A DNA stretch of 64,000 nt, taken from contig ONNR01000002.1 of the NCBI GenBank assembly GCA_900319235.1, positions 86,517-150,516 on the forward strand, read 5' to 3'. Below the pieces are notes generated by a model. That model had not been told where the DNA came from, did no database searches, and saw nothing but the letters and a program-made list of their open reading frames with translations. Source of the stretch: an uncultured Prevotellaceae bacterium (GTDB taxonomy: Bacteria > Bacteroidota > Bacteroidia > Bacteroidales > UBA3663). Shown here one piece after another: positions 28,381 through 37,200 of this stretch. The translations under genes were made by a program, and so were the position numbers. Positions within the stretch are counted from its first letter, which is position 1, and each line of letters begins with the position of its first letter.

Positions 28381-28416
28381 CTATAGTCACTATAAATACT
28401 ATAGCCACTATAAAAA
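28381..28416. repeat. Two tandem 18-nt units (CTATAGTCACTATAAATA / CTATAGCCACTATAAAAA)
   Basis: Direct tandem duplication. Each unit contains the palindrome TATAGT-C-ACTATA. It lies between the SGNH stop and the flavodiiron ATG. Confidence 0.8.
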
Positions 28417-28435
28417 CAATTACCCCCCAAAAAAT

Positions 28436-29593
28436 ATGACCAACAAGATCAAGTACATCGGGTGTGACGATCCCGAATTGGAGCTCTTCGAGAGCCAGTA
28501 TGATTTGCCGGAAGGCATGTGTTACAACAGTTTCGTTATCCTCGACGAGAAGGTTGCCGTGATGGATAGCGTCGATAAGCGCAAGACCGACGAGTGGCTC
28601 GACATGCTCGAGAAGGCCCTCGACGGCCGCAAGCCCGACTACCTCATCGCCCAGCATTACGAGCCCGACCACAGTGGTTCGGTGGGCGCATTCCGTGCCC
28701 GCTATCCCGAGGCAGTCATCGTGGCTTCGGCCAAGGCCCTGCAGTTTGCTGCTCAGTTCGACGAGAAGTTCGATGCCGCTGGCACCAAGGCCGTGAAGGA
28801 AGGCGATGTGCTTTCGTTGGGTCAGACCACCCTGCAGTTCATCACCGCTCCGATGGTGCATTGGCCCGAGGTCATCATGACCTGGTGCCCCGAGGAGAAG
28901 GTCTTCTTCTCGGCCGATGCATTCGGCAAGTTTGGCGTGAAGGATGCCGATCCCGACGACTGGGCATGCGAGGCTCGTCGCTACTACTTCAACATCTGCG
29001 GTAAGTATGGCGCTCCTGTCAGCACCGCGCTCAAGAAGGCCGGCAAGTTCGACATTGAGACCATCTGCCCATTGCATGGCCCTATCCTCACCGGTGAGAA
29101 GCTGGCCGAGGCATTGCGTCTCTACAACATCTGGAGCAAGTACGACGTCGAGACCAAGGGTGTGCTGGTGGCTCATGCCAGCATCCATGGCAACACCGCC
29201 AAGGTGGCCGAGAAGCTTGCCGAGATCCTGCAGGCAAAGGGTGCAGGCAAGGTGGCTGTCGCCGACCTCTGCCGCGACGATATGGCCGAGGCCATCGAGG
29301 ATGCCTTCCGTTTGGGCAAGCTGGTGGTTTGCGCTTCGTCGTACGATGCCGACGTCTTCCCACCCATGCACTTCTTCCTTTGGAAGTTGCAGATGAAGGC
29401 CTATCAGAACCGCACCGTTGCCATCGTGGAGAACGGCAGCTGGGCTCCTTCGGCAGGCAAGGCGATGAAGGCCCTGCTCGAACCGATGAAGAACGTCAGG
29501 ATCGTCGAGCCTATGGTGACCATCAAGTCGTCGATGAAGGAGGCAGACATCCCCCAGCTCGAAGCCTTGGCAGACGCCCTGCTTAATTGTTAA
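28436..29593 (+). CDS. FprA-type flavodiiron protein (metallo-beta-lactamase fold + flavodoxin)
   Basis: ATG at 28436. The ORF-track N-terminal extension overlaps the SGNH gene. Di-iron motif HYEPDHSG, and a flavodoxin module VLVAHASIHGNTAKVAE. Confidence 0.88.
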   Translation: MTNKIKYIGCDDPELELFESQYDLPEGMCYNSFVILDEKVAVMDSVDKRKTDEWLDMLEKALDGRKPDYLIAQHYEPDHSGSVGAFRARYPEAVIVASAKALQFAAQFDEKFDAAGTKAVKEGDVLSLGQTTLQFITAPMVHWPEVIMTWCPEEKVFFSADAFGKFGVKDADPDDWACEARRYYFNICGKYGAPVSTALKKAGKFDIETICPLHGPILTGEKLAEALRLYNIWSKYDVETKGVLVAHASIHGNTAKVAEKLAEILQAKGAGKVAVADLCRDDMAEAIEDAFRLGKLVVCASSYDADVFPPMHFFLWKLQMKAYQNRTVAIVENGSWAPSAGKAMKALLEPMKNVRIVEPMVTIKSSMKEADIPQLEALADALLNC

Positions 29594-29609
29594 TTATTAA
29601 TTGTTAATT
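29585..29609. repeat. AT-word element, copy 3 (reverse orientation)
   Basis: Exact reverse complement of the 25-mer. It overlaps the last two codons and stop of the flavodiiron gene. The extended element contains the TTG start of the next gene. Confidence 0.9.
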
Positions 29610-29614
29610 GTTAA

Positions 29615-30709
29615 TTGAAAACTCCTTCTCCCCGTATTGCCTTTGTCGATTACATCCGCGTGGTGGCCTGCTTTCTGGTGATGGTCGTCCACGCGAGTGA
29701 ATGTTTCTACGTTGACCACGATGCCTATACGATGCTGGCCAACGAGAGCAACCGCCTGTGGGTATCCATCTATGATGGTTTCTTCGGGCGTATCTCCGTG
29801 CCACTGTTCATGATCGTGTCGGCCTTCCTGCTCGTTCCGATGCGCGAAGGCATGACCATGGGACAGTTCTATCGCCGGCGCTTCCTGCGCATCCTGCCAC
29901 CCTTTGTGTGCTTCCTGCTGCTCTATGCCGTGCTGCCTTTGGCTTGGGGAGGCACAACGCAGGAACAGGCCTTGCACGACCTGAAGATGGTGCCTTTCAA
30001 CTTCCCGCCCATCGCGGGCCATCTGTGGTTCATGTACCCACTCATCAGCATCTACCTCATCATCCCCGTGGTGTCGCCCTGGCTCGAAAAGGCCAGCGCG
30101 AAGGACGAACTGACGTTCCTCGGCATCTTCGCCTTCTCGACGCTCATTCCCTGGCTCCATCGCTTCGTGTCGCCTGAACTGTGGGGCGAATGCTTCTGGA
30201 ACAACTTCTCCGCATTGTGGTACTGCTCGGGCTATCTGGGCTACCTGGTGTTGGCGCATTACATCCGTGTGCACCTCGACTGGTCACGCTCGAAGCGCAT
30301 CAAGGTGGGTAGCCTGTGTTTCCTCTTCGGTGCTGCGTTCACGGCATGGAGCTTCTGGTGGAAAGGCGTTCCCGGACAGATGCTGGATACCCCGATGGCT
30401 GAATGGTCGTGGGAGTTCTGTACGCTCAACGTCCTCATCACCACGTTCGGTGCATTCCTGCTCTTCTCCTGCATCCAGGAGGCTCCCGCCTGGATCACGC
30501 GCATCAGCAAGCTGACCTTCGGCATGTACCTGATGCACATCTTCTTCCTCATCCCGATTTCGGAGTGGATCATCGCTGGCGACGTGGCTCATCCATCGCT
30601 TCCCGTATGGCTTGCCATCCCGGTCATCGCGATGCTCACCTACGCGTGCAGTGCGCTGGTAACCTGGCTCATCTCGCTGCTTCCGGGCAGCAAATATATC
30701 GTGGGGTGA
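29615..30709 (+). CDS. Acyltransferase family 3 (OafA-like O-acyltransferase) membrane protein
   Basis: IAFVDYIRVVACFLVMVVHA opening and about 10 TM helices. Only a TTG start (29615) precedes the conserved N-terminus. Confidence 0.8.
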   Translation: MKTPSPRIAFVDYIRVVACFLVMVVHASECFYVDHDAYTMLANESNRLWVSIYDGFFGRISVPLFMIVSAFLLVPMREGMTMGQFYRRRFLRILPPFVCFLLLYAVLPLAWGGTTQEQALHDLKMVPFNFPPIAGHLWFMYPLISIYLIIPVVSPWLEKASAKDELTFLGIFAFSTLIPWLHRFVSPELWGECFWNNFSALWYCSGYLGYLVLAHYIRVHLDWSRSKRIKVGSLCFLFGAAFTAWSFWWKGVPGQMLDTPMAEWSWEFCTLNVLITTFGAFLLFSCIQEAPAWITRISKLTFGMYLMHIFFLIPISEWIIAGDVAHPSLPVWLAIPVIAMLTYACSALVTWLISLLPGSKYIVG

Positions 30710-30757
30710 AGCAATGAGCTTCGCCCCGTCATTTTTCCTTTTATAAATATTACCTCC

Positions 30758-32020
30758 ATGAAAAAGTTCTTCATTCTTTTCCTTTTCAGTCTCCTTGCCC
30801 TCACGATGGAGGCGCAGGGTGTTTCCCCCCTCGACCAGCTCAAGGCCAATCCGCGCAAGGCGTATGGCAACGACTATCCCTACAGGCAGGAGGACGTCCG
30901 ACTCACCAAGGCCCCCAAGGGCTACAAGGCATTCTACATCAGCCATTACGCACGTCATGGCTCGCGCTACTATTGGAGCGACCATCTCTACCATTACCTC
31001 GACACGCTGCTCACCACGGCACGCCAGCAGCATCAGCTCACGCCGCGCGGCGAGAAGTTCTGCGACAGCTTCATGGCCGTCAAGGACGAACTGATGACGG
31101 GTGTGAGCGAACTCACCGAAGTGGGTTGGCAGCAGCACCAGGGCATCGCACGCACCATGTACAACCGTTTCCCCGAGGTGTTCAAAAGGGGTGGTGACGT
31201 GCTTGCCATCTCCTCCTTGTCGGGACGTTGCGTCATCAGCATGTCGGCCTTCTGCCAGGAACTCGTCCAATGCAATCCCAAGCTCGAGATACGCGAACAG
31301 TCGTCGCGCTTCACGCTCGATGGCGTGGTGCCCACCGACAGGCAGAATCCTGCCCGACGTGAGTTCCCGAGAGTTCGTCCGCGCTTCGAACAGCATCGCG
31401 ACCAGTTCAAGCACGAGAGCACCTTGCGCCAGGACATCACTTCCCGCGTCTTCACCAGCACCGAGGGCCTCAAGGGCAATGCCGGGCGCATCGGCAGTGA
31501 ACTCCTCAACCTCTACACCTCACTGCCCAGCATCGGACACGAGGGTATGATGGACGGCATCGTCAGCGACGAGGAGTTAGTCGGCGAATGGGAGGCTTCC
31601 AACCTCGGCTCCTATTCGTGGGTCTTCGGTCCGCAATACGAGATGATCCCCATCCTCGAGGACATCATCGCCAAGGCCGACGCCGTCATCTCGGGCCGTG
31701 TGAAGCGCGTGGCTGACCTGCGTTTCGGACACGACACCTGCATCGGTCCCCTCACCGTCCTGATGGGCATCAATGGCGCCGACCGCGATCCCGAGGATCC
31801 CTACGAGGTGAAGAACTGCTACCAGAACTGGAACACCTGCAAGGCCAGCAACATCCAGCTCATCTTCTATCGCGGCAAGGGTGGAGCGGACGATGTGCTC
31901 GTCAAGTGCCTCCTCAATGGTTGCGAAGCCAGTCTGCCTGTGCCCACCACAAATTATCCCTATTACCGCTGGAGCGACTTCCGCGACTTCTACGAGGCAC
32001 GTTGCGCTTCGGTCAAATAA
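30758..32020 (+). CDS. Histidine acid phosphatase (branch 2; MINPP/phytase-like)
   Basis: Signal peptide, and the catalytic RHGSRY motif in ISHYARHGSRYYW. Confidence 0.8.
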   Translation: MKKFFILFLFSLLALTMEAQGVSPLDQLKANPRKAYGNDYPYRQEDVRLTKAPKGYKAFYISHYARHGSRYYWSDHLYHYLDTLLTTARQQHQLTPRGEKFCDSFMAVKDELMTGVSELTEVGWQQHQGIARTMYNRFPEVFKRGGDVLAISSLSGRCVISMSAFCQELVQCNPKLEIREQSSRFTLDGVVPTDRQNPARREFPRVRPRFEQHRDQFKHESTLRQDITSRVFTSTEGLKGNAGRIGSELLNLYTSLPSIGHEGMMDGIVSDEELVGEWEASNLGSYSWVFGPQYEMIPILEDIIAKADAVISGRVKRVADLRFGHDTCIGPLTVLMGINGADRDPEDPYEVKNCYQNWNTCKASNIQLIFYRGKGGADDVLVKCLLNGCEASLPVPTTNYPYYRWSDFRDFYEARCASVK

Positions 32021-32176
32021 AACATCAACGATTATGGAATTACTTTACGGTTGCAATCTTATCAGCACGACGGCCGATGGACGGATGCCCTCCGACTTCA
32101 TCGCCGACTATCATGTCCACATCCCTCCCTCGGAATATCGTCAAAAATAACACTTTCCGTAATATTGGAAACTATG

Positions 32177-32210
32177 AAGGCAATCTGGGTAACAACAGAT
32201 TGCCTTTTTT
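32177..32210 (+). terminator. Intrinsic terminator
   Basis: AAGGCAATCTG-N8-CAGATTGCCTT followed by TTTT. Confidence 0.75.
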
Positions 32211-32235
32211 GCCGTACCTATGCACCGTCAAAATC

Positions 32236-32260
32236 AATTAACAATTAATAATTAACAATT
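32236..32260. repeat. AT-word element, copy 4
   Basis: Exact 25-mer ending 14 nt before the acetyltransferase ATG. Confidence 0.9.
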
Positions 32261-32274
32261 AATAATTTGATAAT

Positions 32275-32823
32275 ATGAACATTTTCGGACAACTTCGCTC
32301 AGGTGCCGATGTCAACATGGCGACACCCGAATATGCAGAGGCAATCAAGCACATGACCGACTGCGCAAACATCTGTTTCAAGATCAACACGACGGCACCC
32401 ATGCCCGAGCAGATTCGTCCGCTCGAGGAGACGCTCTTCAATGGCAGCCTCGACCAGACCAGCTATCTGATGCCCCCGTTGCAGATCGATTTCGCCTGTC
32501 AGATGAAGATCGGCAGAGGCGTGTTTGTCAACCATTCGCTCACCTGTATGGCTGCAGGCGGCATCACCATCGACGATAGTGTGATGATAGGTCCCAACGT
32601 GCGCATCGTCACCGACAACCACGACTTCCAGAACCGCATGGTGCTTCGCTGCAAGCCCGTCCACATCTGCCGCAATGCATGGATCGGCGTAGGTGCCATC
32701 ATCCTGCCTGGTGTGACCATCGGCGAGAATGCCGTAGTAGCTGCCGGCGCTGTTGTTACCAAGGACGTTGCTCCAAACACCATCGTGGGCGGCAATCCCG
32801 CCAAATTCATCAAGAACATCTAA
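32275..32823 (+). CDS. Sugar O-acetyltransferase (maltose/galactoside acetyltransferase-like, left-handed beta-helix)
   Basis: Mac-type N-terminus followed by hexapeptide repeats (IGPNVRIVTDNH, AWIGVGAIILPGVTIGENAVVAAGAVV). Confidence 0.85.
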   Translation: MNIFGQLRSGADVNMATPEYAEAIKHMTDCANICFKINTTAPMPEQIRPLEETLFNGSLDQTSYLMPPLQIDFACQMKIGRGVFVNHSLTCMAAGGITIDDSVMIGPNVRIVTDNHDFQNRMVLRCKPVHICRNAWIGVGAIILPGVTIGENAVVAAGAVVTKDVAPNTIVGGNPAKFIKNI

Positions 32824-32861
32824 ATTCATCTAATAATTCATCACGATAAAAAAAGAAAATT

Positions 32862-33326
32862 ATGAAAAAGATTCTGTTTATCCTGTTGGCTCTGATGACC
32901 ACGACATGGGCAAGTGCACAGACCGAAGACCAGCTGGCACTGAAGAGACTCGTGGATACGTTTTCCAACCTCGCTGACGTGAAGGATGTCAAGTCGCAGA
33001 TGGACTTGTTCACCGACGATGCCGAAGTGCACTCAAAGAATGGCGAGAATGTGTTTGTATCGAAAGGCAAGGAGCAGATCGGCAAAGCCTTCGCCGACTA
33101 TCTTGCTCTGTTCGAAGTGGTCTATCACCTGAATGGACAGCAGACGGTGGAGATTGACGGCGATACGGCCACAGGCATCTCCTACTGCTTCGTGACACTC
33201 ATCGGCAATGGCAAGCGAAACCAGAGCGGCGTACGTTATCACGACACCTATGTGAAGCAGGATGGCAAGTGGCTCATCAAGCGCCGCGAGTCCAATTTCA
33301 TGTTCACAACTGTCGAAGATATGTAA
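32862..33326 (+). CDS. NTF2/SnoaL-like fold secreted protein
   Basis: Signal peptide, then the pattern LKRLVDTFSNLAD...FTDDA...GKWLIKRRE typical of SnoaL-like/DUF4440-type domains. Confidence 0.7.
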   Translation: MKKILFILLALMTTTWASAQTEDQLALKRLVDTFSNLADVKDVKSQMDLFTDDAEVHSKNGENVFVSKGKEQIGKAFADYLALFEVVYHLNGQQTVEIDGDTATGISYCFVTLIGNGKRNQSGVRYHDTYVKQDGKWLIKRRESNFMFTTVEDM

Positions 33327-33483
33327 TCCCGCCCACATCCAGGAGAACATCGAGGTCTTCGACTTCGAGCTGAGCTACGAAGAGATGCAGCAGATGCACG
33401 CTCTCGACAAGGAGGCACGTTATTTCAACATGCCCTACGAGGACCAGAAGCGCTGGTTCATGCAGTGGAATCCCACGGATTGA
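33325..33483 (+). pseudogene. C-terminal remnant (~52 codons) of an aldo/keto reductase
   Basis: The frame reads NPAHIQENIEVFDFELSYEEMQQMHALDKEARYF...*, the conserved AKR C-terminal block. It has no upstream body and starts at the NTF2-like gene stop codon. Confidence 0.7.
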
Positions 33484-33500
33484 TGTCCCTAATCATATAA

Positions 33501-33950
33501 AGCACTCTGTTGTTCGACAGGGTGCTTTATTCTATCGCAGCATACCCTATCTTGGCCAAAAAAGGTCATTCTTCGAACGAAGCAAGCACTCTGACGGCCG
33601 ACAGAGTACTTTATTCTACCGCGGAATACCCAATCTTGGCCAAGAATGGTCATTCTCCGAACGGAGCAAATACTCTGACGGCCGAAAGAGTGCTTTATTC
33701 TATCGCGGCATACCCAATCTTGGCCAAGAATGGTCATTCTCCGAACGGATCAAATACTCTGACGGCCGACAGAGTGCTTTATTCTACCGCGGAATACCCA
33801 ATCTTGGCCAAGAATGGTCATTCTTCGAACGGAGCAAGTACTCTGACGGCCGAAAGAGTGCTTTATTCTATCGCGGCATAACCAATCTTGGCCAAAAAAG
33901 GTCATTCTTCGAACGGAGCAAGCACTTTGACGGCCGAGATAATGCTTGCT
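33501..33950. repeat. Tandem array, ~5.5 copies of an 84-bp palindrome-rich unit
   Basis: Unit starts at 33501, 33585, 33669, 33753, 33837 and 33921 (partial), with exact 84-nt phasing. Each unit contains AGCACTCTG-N8-CAGAGTGCT followed by TTTATTCTA, and CCAATCTTGGCCAAGAATGG. Confidence 0.95.
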
Positions 33951-34148
33951 ACGAAAATAAACTATCAAGTCAGGAAGTTAAGCAATCTCCCCCAACGTTC
34001 GCTGGGGGACATTCTCTTAATATAGGATTTTCGCTTTTTCTGCTGGTGAATAATTATTCATCTAAACTATGGCCATCCAGTTAAATAAATACGAAAAAAC
34101 TTTTTCCAAACAAATAATTTGCCAAAAAATAAAAAAATCCAAAGATAT

Positions 34149-34187
34149 AACTTCCATTGAACGAGTTCTGGCCGCTCAATGGAAGTT
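34149..34187 (-). terminator. Intrinsic terminator of the PEP-binding protein gene
   Basis: AACTTCCATTGA-N15-TCAATGGAAGTT, with a T-rich run downstream on the minus strand. Confidence 0.65.
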
Positions 34188-34226
34188 TCTTTTTAGTGCG
34201 TTATTATGCTCTAGAGAAGTGATGCT

Positions 34227-37200
34227 TCATAGCATCACCACAGCCTCACGATGGATGCCATCGACCTTGATGGTGAGCGGGGAGTCGAGACGGACGTGAC
34301 GGACGAGGTCGGTCTCCTCGACAGCGGGAAGGGCGTTGAGACGTGCCTCGTCGAAGAGGCCGTCGCCCTTGAAGGCATTGATGGTGAGATAGGAGACACC
34401 GAGCGAGGTGAGGTTCTGGAAGAAGTGGGTGCCCTGCGAGGGATCGACCTGGAAGTTGTCGAGACCTGCTTCGACGATGACGCGTGCGGCAGAGATATTG
34501 GGCCACTTGACGGGAATGCCCAACCAGGGGTCGGACGAGCCCCAACGTCCCGGGCCGATGTAGATGCAATGACGGTCGTCGGCAAGCAGCTTGCGGTTGA
34601 TCTGCTCGATGTGCTCGGCAATCGCGGGGTTCTGGCTGGCACTGTAGCCCTCGGACGTCTTGACATAGACGATGTCCTGCACGTCGGAAATGATGCCGTG
34701 GCCGATGGCGGCGTGCGAACGTAGCAGGCACTCGGCGTCGGGGATCCTGGTGAGGTCCTCGTCGAGCTTCATGTTGTTATCGACCATCGGACGAATCTGG
34801 AGCAGATAGAAGGTGCCCGTTTCGCTCGAGGTGAGATCGACGGCAAATTCGACTTCGACAGGTCGGCGCATCTCCTCCTGTCCGTACTGCAGCACCTTCT
34901 GCATGAGTTCGGGGAGGGGGAAGAGCCCGTTGTGGAGCACTCCGGCAAAGCTGATGATCTTGCGGTTTCGGCCCTCGTAATAGCCATCGTAGATGCACTG
35001 GTCCATCGGGTCGTAGGTCGAGCAGACGGGCGGCAGCGTGCCATCGGCATCGGCTGCACGCACGGGCCACTTCTTGAGGTTGAAGCCATCGTCGGGCTTG
35101 AACTCGAGCGGCGGGATGTCGCCCGATTCGGTGACGGCGGGGATGTCGAGCGCCAGGAAGGTGCTCTGCGTGTCGCGCAGGGCAAACTCCATCTCACTCA
35201 TCTGAAGCACGTTGGCGGGATGATAGGGGCTGACGCGCAAGGATGTGCCGCCATCGACAATGTACTTGCCGAGACCGAAGGCCAGCGAGACGGTGCCCTC
35301 CTCGGCCTTCTCGTCGTCGATGGGGTAGTAGTTGATGCTGCGTGCCACGCCCGAGATGTGCGGATAGAAGCGTGTGCCATGCTGCTGACCGACAACCTCC
35401 TGCAGGATGACCGCCATCTTCTCTTGGTCGATGACGTTCTTGGTGGCTGTCATGTAGTCCTTCGACCCCTGGTAGAACACCGAGGCATAGACCGCCTTGA
35501 CGGCATCGGCCAGCATCGCCAGACGCTGGTACTTGTCGCTCGAACTCGGGATCATGTAGGTGGAATAGACACCGGCAAAAGGCTGGTAGTGCGAGTCCTC
35601 GAGCAGCGATGAGGATCGTGCGGCGATGGGGCCCTTGACCACTTCGAGGAACGCCTCGAGGTCGCCGAGCAGACGCTGCGGCATACGTCCGCGCAGGAAA
35701 GCTGCGAAGATCTCTTCGTCGGGCGCATTGCTCAGCGCAAGGGGATAGAGCTGGTTCTCGTCCATGAACTGGTCGAAGACGTCGGTGCAGAGCACGACAG
35801 TCTTGGGGATGCACACACGGGCCTGCTGCTGCAGTTCCTGCGTGGCTTCGTCGAATCGGACATGGCTCAGGAAGCGTTCGGTGCGGAAGTCCTGCAGGTC
35901 GGGGTGCCGGCTCATGAGGTGGTCGAGGAAGGCGAGGCCGCGTCCCTTGCCGCCGAGCGAGCCATCGCCGATGCGGGCAAAGTTGGAATACTGGTCGAAG
36001 CGTCCGCGCTGGAACACTGCCACCACGCCCTGGTTCTTCATGCGACGATAGGCGACGATGGCCTCGAAGATCCACTGGCGGTGTGCCTCGACGTCCTGCA
36101 GACGGCCCCACGTGATGCGCTTGAGGAAGTCGGACACGGGGAAGAGGGCACGCGAACCCAGCCAGCGCGACACGTTGTTGCGCATGACGTGGTACATCAG
36201 ACTCTCCTTCGGGATGGAGAGGATGTTGTCCTGCAGGTCCTTCAGGTTGTGGACGTGGAGCTGCGTGTTGAACTCGGGCTGCCCGGGGAAGGTGGGGTCC
36301 TCGATGTTGAAGACGAGGTCTCCGAAGCCGAAGGCATTGTGCACGATGTCGCGCAGATCGACGTCCATCTTCTTGGAGTTCTTGTCGATGAAGTAGTAGC
36401 CCTTGCGGTCGGCCTCCTCGAGGTTCTCGCTCTCGGCGCTGTCCATGATGAGGGGCATATAGGGGTCCTCGGCACGAATGGTGTCGAGCAGCCGGAAGCC
36501 GGCGCGTGCGTCCTTCTCGTCATCGGTGGGATTGGCGCCCTGGACGGGATGGAGGGGGAAACGGCAGTCGGAGATGACGCCGAGGGTGTTGTCCTTGAAC
36601 CGGCTGTAGAGGTCCCAAGCCTCGTCGAAGTTGCGGGCCAGCACAATCTTCGGACGACCACGCATGCGCAGCGTCTCGAGCGAGGCGTTGAGGGCCTCGG
36701 TGGCAAACTCGAGGCTCTGCTTGAGCACGAACTGATAGAGACTGGGGAGGATGGACGAATAGAAACGGATGTTGTCCTCGACCACCAGGATCATGCGCAC
36801 GCCAGCCTCGACGTCGTGCTCGAGGTTCATCTTGTCCTCGAGCAGCTTGATGATGGTGAGCAGCAGTTCGGTGTTGCCCAGCCAGCAGAAGACGTATTCG
36901 AAGAGCGAGAGGTCGATGTCCTGCATGCGTGCCGTGATGCCATGGCTGAAGGGGGTGAGCACGACGATGGGGATGTTGTTGTGCTCGAGCTTGATGGTCT
37001 TGGCAATCTCGAAGACATCCTCCTCCTGTGCATCGGCTGTGCGCGAAGGCATCACGATGACGAGGTCGATGTCGTTGGTTTCGATACGCTGCTCGGCCTC
37101 GTCGAGCGACGAAGCCTTGATGAAGCGGGGCGGGAAGCGAAGTCCCAGGCGAGCATATTCTGCAAAAATCTTTTCATCGACTCGGCCATCGTCTTCGAGC

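Noticed and set aside
28040-28435. N-terminal 132-codon extension of the flavodiiron ORF (track ORF 28040-29593).
   Set aside because: The extension overlaps the well-supported SGNH esterase gene in another frame and reads as Pro/Ser/Thr/Arg-rich low complexity. The conserved protein starts at ATG 28436 (MTNKIKYIGCDDP).
33501-33950. Possible CRISPR array.
   Set aside because: The whole 84-nt unit is repeated with no unique spacers between conserved repeats, and no cas genes are in the window.
33489-33968. ORFs of 123 aa (+), 82 aa (-) and 72 aa (-) inside the 84-bp tandem array, which might suggest a repeat protein.
   Set aside because: Frames are open on both strands simply because 84 is a multiple of 3 and the unit lacks stops. 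There is no ATG with promoter support. The unit is dominated by DNA/RNA palindromes, including a terminator-like hairpin. I treat it as non-coding, although translation cannot be formally excluded.
34069-34299. 76-aa plus-strand ORF in the AT-rich region downstream of the PEP-binding gene.
   Set aside because: It overlaps the terminator hairpin and the 3' end of the 1021-aa gene. Its Lys-rich low-complexity start derives from A-runs, and it has no promoter box.
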